The position numbers and the translations under genes were made by a program. From a virus (Duplodnaviria > Caudoviricetes): a stretch of DNA of 38,898 nucleotides. The notes beneath the pieces were generated by a model. The model was given only the letters and a program-made list of their open reading frames with translations. It ran no database searches and was not told where the DNA came from. Location: the IMG/VR virus record IMGVR_UViG_3300033067_002094, positions 1 to 38,898 of that record. One strand, written 5' to 3'. Below are positions 5,922-16,375 of this stretch, one piece after another. Numbering within the stretch: position 1 is the stretch's first letter; every line of letters begins with the position of its first letter.

Positions 5922-8152
5922 TGTCCTGCAAGAATCCTGTGGATCTCGGCGTCTTCAGCAATATCCCGATGAGAAGAGGCGACATCTGCTCCATAAGCCT
6001 GAGTCGCTGCCTTCACGGGACCAAGCAATGCCTTTGCTGCGACTTCATACTGCATCTTCTTTGATGCAATCGCTTCCGGAGTCATGCCGTGTGGAGTTAC
6101 GAGATCTGCGTCACTGGCCATGAGGTTCTTCGCCACCGATGGATTGTCTCCGAAAAGAGCATCCATGAAGTAGTGAGCCCCCTTGATTTTGGATCCATGG
6201 ACCAAGCCAAGAAGTTTGCCCATGACTCCGGATGGAACAGGAGAGGATGGTCCTTTCAGGTCAACCACCTTCGCGATGTTGATGATGGCGTCGATCTGCT
6301 TCACGCCATCCTTCCCATAGAAGGCATCCTTGATCTTGGGATCAAGATTTCTCCAGGCGGTAGCAGCAGAGCTCGAAGGCCTTCCTGTGATTGGATCTAC
6401 AATCCGTCCCTCGCCAGCAATCGAGTTCAGAAGACTGCCGCCCAGATAGTCGAACTGCTGAGGCTCAAGCATGCCCTTCAACACAAGGACATCGGTCGGC
6501 CTGTTCCTCTTGATCAGAGCAGCAGCAATGTTTGTCGGGTCATATTGAGCCATCTTCTGAAACTGCATGGCGTCTTCATAGTGAATCGAGAGAGCTTCTT
6601 TTCTAGCCTTCACTCGATCAGCAAGATCTGGATGACCCGCCTTGTTCAGAACATCAGTCATCATCTCGCTCTGATGCTGAGCTGTTTTGACATAAGCGGA
6701 AGAATAGGCGTTCTCCACGAAGTCCCGATCCATCGCCTTGTCAAAGTTTGCAAAGGAAGCGTACTTCTCTCGAAGCATCTCCATCTCTTTGAAGGTCAGT
6801 CCAGGCTGTTCTTTGGCAACAAAACCAGCTTCTGTGATCTTTCCCTTGGCCACGTTCTGAAGTTGAATCGTCTCCTCGGTGAGCTTCCTAACTGCTGGAT
6901 CGATTTCGATTCCAGCCTTCTTGCTGTTCTCTACAAACTTGTTCCACTTGGCAGGATCAACGTTACCGGATCCAGTGATGAATCCAGATTGATCATTCGG
7001 ACCAAGCCTAGTCTGGATCTTCTCAGTCAAGGATTTGACGATAGGATCAATGGGGAAGGACTGCTCTCCCGCAATCTCGTTGACGAGCTTCAGATCTCTC
7101 GACTGATCGATCTTGAGGTTCTGAGCATAGTCTCCAAGGATCTTTTGAAAACTGATCTCATCTCCTCTGCCTGCAGCTTGCTCAAGCATGGGTGCCTGCA
7201 TGTCAGAGGACTTCTTTGTAATGAAGTCATTGATGCGAGCTACTCTCTCAGCGTTCATGTTCTTGGCAAGATATGGGTTCTTCAAAACGAAATTAGCCCA
7301 TGCGCGCTCATACTCTGGAGTACCAGGCATCATCTCTGCCTTGGTGATCGGTATGCCAGATTCTTTTGAAAGCTTAAGCCTTGATGCTGCCGACTCCACA
7401 GCCGATTCACCGCCATAGGCGGACGCAACACCATATGCTACTGCTTTTGATCTAGCGGCAGAAAGTAAAGGACTTCCTATTGCCAATGGAATAGCAGAGC
7501 CAACTGCCCCAGTAGCCATGTCGGTTAATGCCGTAGAACCAACCGGCCTATTTTCCATGACGTTTTGAAATGCTCCGCCAGCAGCTTGTCCCAAGGCAGA
7601 ACCAGCAATGCCTCCAGCGACCATTCCAACTGGTCCGCCTAGTTTACCAATATTAGAACCGATTGATGCCCCTGCCATCGCGCCAACAAATCGAGGGAGG
7701 TCTTCCTTGGCTCTCACTCCAAGCCATTCCATCCCATCAATAACCTGCTGTGCTCTGAGTGTTCGGCCCTTATCAAAAGGCATCCACCCATGAACTTCAT
7801 CTAAGTGTTGAAGCTGACCGTCAGGAGCCTTTCGAATCCTTGCGGTAATAGCTTCAAAACCAGAAGGCATGTTTGGATCTTGCTGAGGGTCCATAGGGTC
7901 TTGTCTACCCTGATCCATCTTGGCCTTCTGCTGAAGCGCAGGCGTGGTTGGAGTCGCAAGAAGCATAGCCTCAAGGTCATCTCCTCCGCCCTGTGGTGAT
8001 GGAGCAGGCTCACCCTGAGCTGGAGGTTCTCCCATCTTAGCGGTCGGCGCACCTTCCATGGCAGACGCCGCGTCCTGTGACTCCGGAACCGGAGACTTCA
8101 GGCTTTTTGGATTGCTCGAGTGAGCTGTCTTTAGGGCTTCAGGATTAGCCAT
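5918..8152 (-). CDS. Large DNA ejection / internal virion protein
   Basis: 744 aa, helical, with a Gly/Ala-rich glycine-zipper region. It occupies the last ejection-gene position before lysis in podovirus synteny. Confidence 0.65.
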   Translation of the reverse strand: MANPEALKTAHSSNPKSLKSPVPESQDAASAMEGAPTAKMGEPPAQGEPAPSPQGGGDDLEAMLLATPTTPALQQKAKMDQGRQDPMDPQQDPNMPSGFEAITARIRKAPDGQLQHLDEVHGWMPFDKGRTLRAQQVIDGMEWLGVRAKEDLPRFVGAMAGASIGSNIGKLGGPVGMVAGGIAGSALGQAAGGAFQNVMENRPVGSTALTDMATGAVGSAIPLAIGSPLLSAARSKAVAYGVASAYGGESAVESAASRLKLSKESGIPITKAEMMPGTPEYERAWANFVLKNPYLAKNMNAERVARINDFITKKSSDMQAPMLEQAAGRGDEISFQKILGDYAQNLKIDQSRDLKLVNEIAGEQSFPIDPIVKSLTEKIQTRLGPNDQSGFITGSGNVDPAKWNKFVENSKKAGIEIDPAVRKLTEETIQLQNVAKGKITEAGFVAKEQPGLTFKEMEMLREKYASFANFDKAMDRDFVENAYSSAYVKTAQHQSEMMTDVLNKAGHPDLADRVKARKEALSIHYEDAMQFQKMAQYDPTNIAAALIKRNRPTDVLVLKGMLEPQQFDYLGGSLLNSIAGEGRIVDPITGRPSSSAATAWRNLDPKIKDAFYGKDGVKQIDAIINIAKVVDLKGPSSPVPSGVMGKLLGLVHGSKIKGAHYFMDALFGDNPSVAKNLMASDADLVTPHGMTPEAIASKKMQYEVAAKALLGPVKAATQAYGADVASSHRDIAEDAEIHRILAGQ

Positions 8153-9378
8153 TAGAGTTCCTCACCGAAATGATTCTGAAAGTTGGTCTTGATGTCTTGT
8201 TCTTTGTCTGGATTCTTTTCGATCAGCTTTTTTGCAGTCTCCCTGGCCTTAGACTTCATCGCACCGGAGACCTTCTTCTTGTTCATTTCGCTTCCAGCCT
8301 CAGTCGAAAGAGGAGGAGCTTTTGAATGAAGAGATGGCTTTTGCTGAGTAACAGGAGTCATCGAGAACTCACTGTCTGGGCTCAGCTTGTTGTTCTCAAA
8401 GATCTGCTCTGGGTCCCGACCGTATTTACTCAAGAGGTCGTGCTTGGTCTGGATGTTCTTCATGAGCTGCTGGTCATGGTACTTGGCGATTGTTTCGTTC
8501 AACCTGCCAAGCCTATCCTTGACCAAATCAAGCTCTTCTTGAGAAGGACCGCCTTCTTCTTTTCCAGTGATCTTACCTTTGTTCTTGTCGAACCAAGACT
8601 TGAAGTCACTGAAGGATTGCTTGTCTTCTCTGGTTACAGAGACAGCACCCTTACCGTTCTGGAGAATGTTGGTGATGTCAGTGAACGCCTCATTGAGATC
8701 GATCCACTTTACATCTTTGCGGTTCAAGATCTCGAGAGCCTTTCCGGCTGACTGGTTGAGACCCTTATTCATCTTGATAGTCTCGTCGCCTAGGACCTTG
8801 TTCTCGACATCAGATCCAAACTTGTCTTGGCGTTGCTGTAGTGACTCCTGCTTGACTTGCATCTGGGCTCTCATGACATCTCTTTTTGCCCCAGCATCAA
8901 TTATCTTTGTGGTTCCTTCCAGTAATTTATAAGTATCACCAAAAACAACCGGACCAAGAGACTCTATGGATTTAGAAAACTCCTGTGGATTTTCTGTTGC
9001 AGCTGAGGACATTAGCTTTGCTGCTTTGTTTAGTCTGTCTCTGGCATATTCAGACTTTAAAAGAAGATTGTATGTTTCAGGAGGAACCCGTTCTCCGAGA
9101 GTTGCCATTTCCTGAACATATTTGTCTGCTTTTAATTTTCGTATTTCATCGTTTGGCTCAGCAGTAATATCCTGAAGGCTACTGAAAACATGACCCCATT
9201 TGTTCATTTCGAACTTTTGTCGGTCTTGTTCAATTTGCTGCTTTTGTTCTTCGAGCTTCGCCTTTCTTTCAGCTAGACCCATTCCGGCAGACAGGCCCTC
9301 TAGGGTTCCTTTTCCAACACCAGACATGTCAGTAGCTTGAGCTGCTTGACCCTGAGCAATATCCACCATGTTAGCCAT
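8152..9378 (-). CDS. DNA ejection / internal virion protein
   Basis: 408 aa, charged and coiled-coil with Gln-rich runs, in the expected syntenic position. Confidence 0.6.
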   Translation of the reverse strand: MANMVDIAQGQAAQATDMSGVGKGTLEGLSAGMGLAERKAKLEEQKQQIEQDRQKFEMNKWGHVFSSLQDITAEPNDEIRKLKADKYVQEMATLGERVPPETYNLLLKSEYARDRLNKAAKLMSSAATENPQEFSKSIESLGPVVFGDTYKLLEGTTKIIDAGAKRDVMRAQMQVKQESLQQRQDKFGSDVENKVLGDETIKMNKGLNQSAGKALEILNRKDVKWIDLNEAFTDITNILQNGKGAVSVTREDKQSFSDFKSWFDKNKGKITGKEEGGPSQEELDLVKDRLGRLNETIAKYHDQQLMKNIQTKHDLLSKYGRDPEQIFENNKLSPDSEFSMTPVTQQKPSLHSKAPPLSTEAGSEMNKKKVSGAMKSKARETAKKLIEKNPDKEQDIKTNFQNHFGEEL

Positions 9379-9604
9379 TAGAAACCCCTCTGATCTTTCT
9401 TAGCCTTCGGAAATAATCTAGTTCCTTGTCAAAATGCTCAATAGCTTTTCTAGCCTTGGCAATGTTCTTCCAGTTCTCACCAAATCTATGTCTCAGAGAC
9501 TGAACCAGTCTATAGCGTCCTAGCGCTGTAGGAGTCAGCTCGGGGTGTTCATCACCGAGCGCCTCCTTGATAGGACCCATGAGAAGTTCTGGTTCGTTCT
9601 TCAT
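9371..9604 (-). CDS. Hypothetical basic protein
   Basis: 77 aa, overlap-coupled to both ejection genes. Confidence 0.65.
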   Translation of the reverse strand: MKNEPELLMGPIKEALGDEHPELTPTALGRYRLVQSLRHRFGENWKNIAKARKAIEHFDKELDYFRRLRKIRGVSNG

Positions 9605-10449
9605 CCGAATGCATCCTCAAAAATGCCTTGGTCAAAATCTCCGGACATGTCTTCTTTTTGAGTTTCTTTGGATTTAGCGAGCCCTCCCATCGCTGGACCA
9701 GCGAAGGATCCACCGATCTGCATCAGAGATCCACCAAGACCGCTCATCATATTGGCATTGGCAGCTCTGCCTACATGTTCTGATCCAGCAGTCTTCATCA
9801 TGCCTTCCTGAGCATGGACCTGCCTGTTCTGTAGATTGTCCATAGCGGACATAGTTCCCATGGACATGCTACTGGCGGTATGGAACCCGGCTCTCTCGCT
9901 TGCCTGTATTCTCTCTCTGGCCTCAACTCCAAATCCCATCATGCTTTGGACCTGAGAAAGAGCATGGCTCTGAGCCTGTTGCGTCTGCATATTGGATTGC
10001 ATGTCAAACTTGGCAAGCTGATCCATCGCCATGGCTGATCCAAGTCCTGGTCCTGCCGCAAGCTGCTGCTCAAGCTGCCGTCGCTGCATCTGTTGCTGCT
10101 GCTTCATCGGAGCCAGGATCGCAGCCTCTTTCCCCTTGAGAAGGGCATTGGCCTGTTGTCCTGCCTCAATCAGGTTGGGATCAATCGCAGCCAAGGCCTT
10201 CTGGTCCTGGGCAAGCTGTGACTCTTGGAGGGCATGGTAGCGAGTCTGCATCTGGATCCGGTCATTGAGCTGAGCCATCTCCTGAACGGTAGGCTTGGCA
10301 AGCTCTGCAGTCTTCTGGGCCTCACCTCGCTGTGCTTTGGCAATGTCCTGCTCTGCAGCAGACCCTTCTAGTCCACCAACAACTTTTCCGATAGCTCCTG
10401 CAGCCATCGCTGCTCCGCCGATAATTGCTGCTGTGGTAAACGCCGGCAT
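9601..10449 (-). CDS. Small DNA ejection protein (P22 gp7 / T7 gp14 position)
   Basis: Gly/Ala-rich hydrophobic N-terminus and a Gln/Met-rich helical body, following the GNAT gene. Confidence 0.7.
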   Translation of the reverse strand: MPAFTTAAIIGGAAMAAGAIGKVVGGLEGSAAEQDIAKAQRGEAQKTAELAKPTVQEMAQLNDRIQMQTRYHALQESQLAQDQKALAAIDPNLIEAGQQANALLKGKEAAILAPMKQQQQMQRRQLEQQLAAGPGLGSAMAMDQLAKFDMQSNMQTQQAQSHALSQVQSMMGFGVEARERIQASERAGFHTASSMSMGTMSAMDNLQNRQVHAQEGMMKTAGSEHVGRAANANMMSGLGGSLMQIGGSFAGPAMGGLAKSKETQKEDMSGDFDQGIFEDAFG

Positions 10450-10841
10450 CAGAGCCTCCTTACGTAGTGGGTCACAAGTTCATCACCTTTGATAAAGCTT
10501 AGGCGCTCCAAACGATTCATCAATGACTTTTTGTCGGTACAGGTGAACAAGATCTTGAAACCCTGGTTCCTTGCTCTCTCAGTCAAATTCTCAATCACCA
10601 TGTCCAAAGCCTGACTGGTTACATCCATTGTGATGTCTGGGTTTTTGACAAGGTATTCCATCCAGGCAACCGAGGTGTCTGTTGAGTAGAACCAAGCAGA
10701 ACAGATCAGGGTTCCGTCTTTGCCTTCAACCACAGATCCATTGGTCGGTAGATCAGAGAGAGGCAGAACAGGAAAGCCATGATGCTTCCACCACCTGGAG
10801 ATCTCTGGATAGTCTAGAGTTTCAAAAGGTCTGACTTTCAA
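10449..10841 (-). CDS. GNAT-fold acetyltransferase-like protein (T7 gp13 position)
   Basis: MKVRPFETLDY...AWMEYLVKNP...ARNQGFKILF...LERLSF GNAT pattern, located between the tail and ejection genes. Confidence 0.75.
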   Translation of the reverse strand: MKVRPFETLDYPEISRWWKHHGFPVLPLSDLPTNGSVVEGKDGTLICSAWFYSTDTSVAWMEYLVKNPDITMDVTSQALDMVIENLTERARNQGFKILFTCTDKKSLMNRLERLSFIKGDELVTHYVRRL

Positions 10842-12667
10842 TTTCCGATCTTTCTTACAACAAAGTGTGGTTCGGTGGTGTCAGGAAATCCAGCTCCGGC
10901 TGTATATCGATTTACATAAATACGATCTCCTGGAAGGAGTCTATCCACAGAGCTGATGAAGAATTCATTCGTTCCAGCTGCTCCAATATAAACAGAAGAC
11001 AGCGTGGTTGGATATGTTCCAATCAAAGGAGCACCTGATGATGAATTTATTTTTGAAATAGAAATACCGTCTCCAGTAGTGGCACTTCTCAGTTTTGCTG
11101 ACATCGAATAACTTCCAGGAAACACTACTAGAACATTTGATCCGTTCACAGAGTCGTCATAAGGGATGAGCATTCCACCAGATTGTGTGGTTATATTTGT
11201 GAATCTGACCGTATTTGTAGCTCCGGACCCATATACTGAAGCCTGAGAGAAAAATATCAGATCTTCGTTTTGTCCAACAATGCTTGCCCCGGTGATATTA
11301 GAAGACCCATCATTGTAAGCCACACCAACGCATCTCCACATATGATGTGGGTGGTACAGGCATCCCTGGAAGTCCGGTCTCTGATAGGGATAGATCGGAG
11401 ACATTTTAGTGTATCCCTGCTCGGTGATGTACAGGAAATAGATCGTGTCGCTTGCTTCAGTGAACCCAGACTCAAGGTCAGTCGTGATGTCCCAGATGCA
11501 ATCATCCTTTGTGAACTGGAAGATTGATCCATTCACATTGACCGTTCCTCCAAACTCACCAATCCTAGCCTGAGTCGTGGTGATGTCAGAGATGGCAAGA
11601 GTATTCAGGTCAGAAAAGTTTGCATAAACCTCAAAGGCCCTTGCAGCAACGCAATTGGTTCCATCCTGGATGCAGACCCCAATGAGAGTGGAAAGAGATA
11701 CAACCCATCCTGATCCAGAGAATCGCTTCCACTGGTTCACAGTCATGTCGAGCCAGTAGTCCCCAACAGATGGGGATTGCGGGGCTGTGCTGCTGTAGAC
11801 AGGATTGGTATAAACAGCCTCTGCCGTGAAGTCGTTTTTGATGAACAACCACGTAAGCTTCATCAGCGTGATCGTGTCGCCAGTGTTAGCAATATTCCTC
11901 CGAATAGGAAGAACAGAACCGTCAAAAAAGTATCCACGCTTGACATTGGTCAGCTCCGTTGCGCTCTTCACATAAGCGATGAAGTATTCAGTTGTTACTC
12001 CATCCACAATCTTGAACGCTGCAGTCTTTCCAAGCAAAGCAGAGATGTTGGATCCAACCGTTCCGATCGTGATCGTACTCTCGTACTCTCCCCTGATCTT
12101 GCTGAACTGATCCCCGTTGATCGTGGCATCATTTACCAGAGCAGTGTTGTTGGTCGTAGGAGCAGGAACAAGACCCGTCAAAAGAATGTCGGAGGTCAGG
12201 GTGTATTGAACTCCGTTCACCCTATAGACGAGATTGGTAGGAGTCCCTTCAATCGTGACTGAAGCGCTGCTGACTCCAGGAACAATGAATGCCGGCATTG
12301 CGTCCGATGCACTCACAACCTTCCCACTGACAATTCGGTTAGGAGGAAGACCTGCCACTTGGTTGATCAGGTTGTTGGTCTCAACAAGGCTCAGCGCTAC
12401 TGGATCGTACCAGTAGGTCTGACCAAGGATTTCCTTGATCTTGAACCTCAGTCTCTCAAGCTCTCCAGCCAGGTTGGGGGCAAGACTCTCGCTCCCCTGT
12501 GCTCCAGGGTTTGTCTGAGTTTGCATCTGACCGACGGTCGTCGAATAGGAGTCGATCTTTCCTGGGATAGCGTTGTTGATGATGTTGTCGAACTCACCAT
12601 TCAGGTCAGCTGATTTGACTACCTCTTCGAACAACCAAGTCTTCAGTCTTGAGAATTTTCCAGGCAT
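10838..12667 (-). CDS. Tail fibre / tailspike-like structural protein
   Basis: N-terminal ADLNGEFDNI attachment-like motif and a STAPQSPSVGDYWLD fibre motif. It is beta-rich and follows the nozzle gene. Confidence 0.75.
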   Translation of the reverse strand: MPGKFSRLKTWLFEEVVKSADLNGEFDNIINNAIPGKIDSYSTTVGQMQTQTNPGAQGSESLAPNLAGELERLRFKIKEILGQTYWYDPVALSLVETNNLINQVAGLPPNRIVSGKVVSASDAMPAFIVPGVSSASVTIEGTPTNLVYRVNGVQYTLTSDILLTGLVPAPTTNNTALVNDATINGDQFSKIRGEYESTITIGTVGSNISALLGKTAAFKIVDGVTTEYFIAYVKSATELTNVKRGYFFDGSVLPIRRNIANTGDTITLMKLTWLFIKNDFTAEAVYTNPVYSSTAPQSPSVGDYWLDMTVNQWKRFSGSGWVVSLSTLIGVCIQDGTNCVAARAFEVYANFSDLNTLAISDITTTQARIGEFGGTVNVNGSIFQFTKDDCIWDITTDLESGFTEASDTIYFLYITEQGYTKMSPIYPYQRPDFQGCLYHPHHMWRCVGVAYNDGSSNITGASIVGQNEDLIFFSQASVYGSGATNTVRFTNITTQSGGMLIPYDDSVNGSNVLVVFPGSYSMSAKLRSATTGDGISISKINSSSGAPLIGTYPTTLSSVYIGAAGTNEFFISSVDRLLPGDRIYVNRYTAGAGFPDTTEPHFVVRKIGN

Positions 12668-12670
12668 GAA

Positions 12671-14260
12671 TCAACCCTTCTGCGCTTGTCCAGCTGCTCT
12701 AAAGTAGTAAGTCACACCAGAAACCTTGGCGTTACCCAGTCCGTTGTAATAAAACCTTGCACTGATTCTGCGTCCCATTCCATGAATAGGAACACGCCTA
12801 GACCTTGGTCCAGGTCCAGAAGCCCTGCTCTTGTCTAGCTTGAAATTCTTATCCAACACATCTTCCTGAGCCATGTTGAATGTCACTGTCTCACTGAAAC
12901 GATTGTCCAGATAGATGTCAGCAGATAGGTTCCAATTCCCCTCTGGCTCAAAGGTCACTTCCATGAAATCGAAGTTCTTGTTTCTTTCAGCCAAGGAACG
13001 ATCCACAAACCCGAAGTCCAAATAGGGAACCTGGAACTTCATGGAGTAGGCATTTCCGCCAACATTCCGGTCAGGCATGTCCATCTGGTAGATGTAACCA
13101 TCTCTCCCGCCGTAGAACGGTCTCTGGACATTGGTCACATCTCTACGCAAGACCAGGCAGTTCAAAGCGTCCTTTGTACAGAAAACAGCCCTTGGTCTGC
13201 CAGCAGCGAAGTCGATGATGAAAATCCGGTCAATGTCTGTGGAAGAAGGAGCGCTGTACGTGAACATCGCCATCTTCTTGTTTTCGTACCAGATGGCATT
13301 TCCAAGCTTGATGTTGTTCGCACTCGTGAACTCATTGATGAAGCGGTAACACTTCATGTCCTTCATCACGTCAGCTTGCTGCAATCCGCCAAGGTTCAGC
13401 GTGGCTTCAAGTCTAGAAATCGTCCCCTGAGAATTGGCCACCCACAAATCATCGACAACCTGAGTCGCAGCTTTGGGAGAAGCTACTCCAAATCCATTCC
13501 CAAGCTTAACAGCGTAGGGAGTAGCTGGATTATCAGTGTTAAGAAAATAGATCCCAAAAGGATACTTAAACAATACCATCCGACCTTTAAAGTTGCTTGC
13601 ACAAGCCAGTCTTTCATTGTCACCTGGAAACACTGTTACAAAAGCAATTGAGCCTATGGTCGTGAAGTCTTCATGATCCAAAACATTGGATCCATACATC
13701 AGATGCGGTTGGTTCTTGTTTCCAAAAACCCAGAGCCTGTTCAGATAAACAATACCGAAATTCGGATGCATTGATCCAGACCAATCAGTAGACGGACTGA
13801 GAATGTTTCGTCTCGTCGTGCCGTCTCCTGAAATCACCTGAATAGGGTTGTTGCCTGTCAGGATGAATAACTTCCTGTCTCTGCCTGCCAGCTCCTGTCC
13901 GCCAGCCACCATGACAACTTGGTCTGTGACAGTCAGAGTGACTGGAGCTCCACTGACACCTAGAACCTCGGTGAAGTTGTACTCGTCAGTAAATCTCCAG
14001 ACCTTGCCATCAGAAGTCACTGCGATGAGCCTTTGAGCGGTCTCGGTAGGCCACCAATCGAACATCGCGACAATGCTGAGAGAGGGAAGAATGGTCTTAT
14101 TCCACTTCCTGGAACCAGGCATTTTCTCTAAGAACCCATTCCGAATCTGGACGTTTTCCGCCAGAATAAGCCCCTGAGGGGGGGTGATAGTCTGGGCGTC
14201 ATCAGTGAAGATGCCCATGTCTCCGATCGGAATGTTGACAGCAGTCCCCATGTAACTCAT
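12671..14260 (-). CDS. Tail nozzle / DNA stabilisation protein (P22 gp10 / tail tubular B-like)
   Basis: 529 aa with AENVQIRNGFLEKMPG at the N-terminus, YLNRLWVFG propeller-type motifs and a C-terminal GRRISARF, in the expected position. Confidence 0.8.
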   Translation of the reverse strand: MSYMGTAVNIPIGDMGIFTDDAQTITPPQGLILAENVQIRNGFLEKMPGSRKWNKTILPSLSIVAMFDWWPTETAQRLIAVTSDGKVWRFTDEYNFTEVLGVSGAPVTLTVTDQVVMVAGGQELAGRDRKLFILTGNNPIQVISGDGTTRRNILSPSTDWSGSMHPNFGIVYLNRLWVFGNKNQPHLMYGSNVLDHEDFTTIGSIAFVTVFPGDNERLACASNFKGRMVLFKYPFGIYFLNTDNPATPYAVKLGNGFGVASPKAATQVVDDLWVANSQGTISRLEATLNLGGLQQADVMKDMKCYRFINEFTSANNIKLGNAIWYENKKMAMFTYSAPSSTDIDRIFIIDFAAGRPRAVFCTKDALNCLVLRRDVTNVQRPFYGGRDGYIYQMDMPDRNVGGNAYSMKFQVPYLDFGFVDRSLAERNKNFDFMEVTFEPEGNWNLSADIYLDNRFSETVTFNMAQEDVLDKNFKLDKSRASGPGPRSRRVPIHGMGRRISARFYYNGLGNAKVSGVTYYFRAAGQAQKG

Positions 14261-15252
14261 CAGGAGGTCTCTTGCTGGATATACCTCTTTCCACGCTGCC
14301 AGATGTCACGGCGAGGGATCAATTTCCCTCTTGTGGAAGAGGTTTGAGTTTTCTGCTTCTCCTCAGCCTTCTGCATAGCCTTAAGCTTGCTCTGAGTGAG
14401 CTGAAGAAACATCTGAAATCTCTGATCGTTCTTATCGAGGAGCAGGTAATAACTGGCAGCCTTAGACAGACAATCCCTATGCTCGACAGGAATCAGAGGA
14501 AAGCTGGTTGCTGAGTCAATCAATGGGTCTGGGATCTCAATGCCCTTGAACTCCATCCTAGTTTGAACAGATGGGCTCTTGTTGAGCCTTACCCAGATAG
14601 AGCCATCTGGCTCTTTCTTCTGAATCGAAAAGAAACCAGGAGCTCCTTCTCTGATCCTGGCTACGGGATACTCTTTCGCCATCTCCTGCTCATCCATGAA
14701 GTAGATACGCTGTTCGTCATTGGAGAGCAGGTCTTGGGGCTGATACGTGTTGAATGACTGAGTCAGCCTGAGAATCCCGTTTGTGTTTGGCTTCAGCTTG
14801 TAATCAATCAAGACAGCTGTGTAGCTAGTCGTCACCGTGTCAGAAGCGTAAACCGCATCCAGAGTTGCCGTGATCGATCCACCCGCATGAGAGACAACTC
14901 TCATGAAGTCCGGCAATCCATCGATCTTGAGAAGGTAGTTCGTCAGGCTGATGGTAGGCGCGACAGAGAAGCTGACCGTCTTCGAGCCATTGGTGGCAGT
15001 GACAGTCCCAGTTCCTGTAAACGTAGGCTTCAGGATCTGTACCCATGGATTCTGAACCACAGCCCATGTCCATGGCTTTGAGAGTTCAATGTCGAACTCA
15101 TTTCCGCCAGATAGGATCGCGACATAGGCGCGGTTCAGGTAGTCCATCACCTGACCGCTCACGTCATAGGTAGAAGTCCCGTCCTCCACCTCACCGCAAT
15201 GCCGTAACACCTGCTTTTTCAGATCCTGTGTGGACATTGAAATTGCGGTCAC
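14260..15252 (-). CDS. Head-to-tail adaptor with an inserted beta domain
   Basis: VMDYLNRAY helix and FPLIPVEHRDCL motif typical of podoviral adaptors, with a GTVTATNGSKTV insertion. Confidence 0.7.
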   Translation of the reverse strand: MTAISMSTQDLKKQVLRHCGEVEDGTSTYDVSGQVMDYLNRAYVAILSGGNEFDIELSKPWTWAVVQNPWVQILKPTFTGTGTVTATNGSKTVSFSVAPTISLTNYLLKIDGLPDFMRVVSHAGGSITATLDAVYASDTVTTSYTAVLIDYKLKPNTNGILRLTQSFNTYQPQDLLSNDEQRIYFMDEQEMAKEYPVARIREGAPGFFSIQKKEPDGSIWVRLNKSPSVQTRMEFKGIEIPDPLIDSATSFPLIPVEHRDCLSKAASYYLLLDKNDQRFQMFLQLTQSKLKAMQKAEEKQKTQTSSTRGKLIPRRDIWQRGKRYIQQETS

Positions 15253-15270
15253 GGCAGTCCCTCCATGGGC

Positions 15271-15546
15271 TTACTTTTTAGTCAAAGCAGCAATCAACTC
15301 GCCTTTTTTGACTTCTACCTTTGGCTCAGACTTCACTTCAACAACCGTTGATTTCACTTCAACCGTCTCAGCAGGCTTGCCTTTACGTGGATCATAACCG
15401 ATCTCGGTAGAGTCAGGCCAAAAGAATGCGCCATCACGTTCGAAGATCGTCCCGTGCTGCTGGGAGATGTGCATGATGTAATGGTTCTGCTGAACAGTCT
15501 TTCCCGTTTTGGGATCCTTATGATCAGTTTTTAGATCAAACGACAT
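15271..15546 (-). CDS. Hypothetical protein
   Basis: 91 aa with an SD (AAGGAG), in the head module. Confidence 0.7.
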   Translation of the reverse strand: MSFDLKTDHKDPKTGKTVQQNHYIMHISQQHGTIFERDGAFFWPDSTEIGYDPRKGKPAETVEVKSTVVEVKSEPKVEVKKGELIAALTKK

Positions 15547-15556
15547 TTTTGTCTCC

Positions 15557-15877
15557 TTAGATACCTACTGCAATGACCTTCACGGTCATGGCTGGAATTG
15601 TTCCAGACATCTCAGCATACACTGCTGCGCCTTCAACATAGATCCTAACCTTGCCATTGGCTTGGTCGAACTTGAATAGCTTCGTCGATGCAGCATCTGC
15701 GTCAACAAAAAGGAGAGATTCAAGCGACACAGGACAGCCACAATCAGCGCCAGAAATCGCGATCCCACCAGCAGGATATGCAGTCGATCCATCTCCGAAC
15801 GTCAACGTGACGTTGTTGAATTTCCGACCGTCTTCTAACTTTTTAGCTTTGCTTACCGCAACAGATACAGCTGCCAT
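15557..15877 (-). CDS. Putative minor capsid / head decoration protein
   Basis: TAYPAGG and FKFDQANGKVRIY beta pattern with an SD (GAGGTG), downstream of the MCP. Confidence 0.55.
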   Translation of the reverse strand: MAAVSVAVSKAKKLEDGRKFNNVTLTFGDGSTAYPAGGIAISGADCGCPVSLESLLFVDADAASTKLFKFDQANGKVRIYVEGAAVYAEMSGTIPAMTVKVIAVGI

Positions 15878-15893
15878 GATTCACCTCGGTATG

Positions 15894-15933
15894 AAAAAAG
15901 GGTGAGACCCAAGGAGCACTCAAGCCCCACCCT
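15894..15933 (-). terminator. Rho-independent terminator after the capsid genes
   Basis: Minus-strand AGGGTGGGGC...GTCTCACCCT stem followed by a T run. Confidence 0.8.
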
Positions 15934-15943
15934 AATTTTTGGC

Positions 15944-16363
15944 TTACGCGCTAAGGGTAAGCTTAGACAGATTAGCTGCGATTTCAGGAGCTTCATCGCC
16001 AACAAAGTTGAGGATGCATTTTCCAGAAGTCGTCGCTGCAGTGACAACCTTAACAACCACTTCCTGACCAGCCTGAACGGTAACGCCAGCAACATCCTTG
16101 TACAAGGACGAGCCAACTGCCGTTGCAGCAGGAACAGTGAGAGTAGCAATCAGAACTTCACCAGAAGTCGAACCATGGGTCGGACGCTGATAGAAGCTGA
16201 GAACCACTGCTCCAGTGGAAACCAGAGCCGTGCTAACCATCGCAATGCATCGGGTAACCTTAGCGGAATCCGAGAGAACGAAGTATTGCACGACGCCAGT
16301 CGATGCGAGGTCGATTTCACCGGCAGCAAGAGGGGAAACAGTACGAATTTTATTAAGATACAT
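15944..16363 (-). CDS. Putative capsid decoration/cement protein
   Basis: 139 aa, Ala/Val/Thr-rich beta protein with a strong SD (AGGAGG), between the MCP and the terminator. Confidence 0.6.
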   Translation of the reverse strand: MYLNKIRTVSPLAAGEIDLASTGVVQYFVLSDSAKVTRCIAMVSTALVSTGAVVLSFYQRPTHGSTSGEVLIATLTVPAATAVGSSLYKDVAGVTVQAGQEVVVKVVTAATTSGKCILNFVGDEAPEIAANLSKLTLSA

Positions 16364-16375
16364 TGTTGCCTCCTA

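Noticed and set aside
6089-7369. 426-aa plus-strand ORF
   Set aside because: Antisense shadow of the ejection protein, with no motifs or SD.
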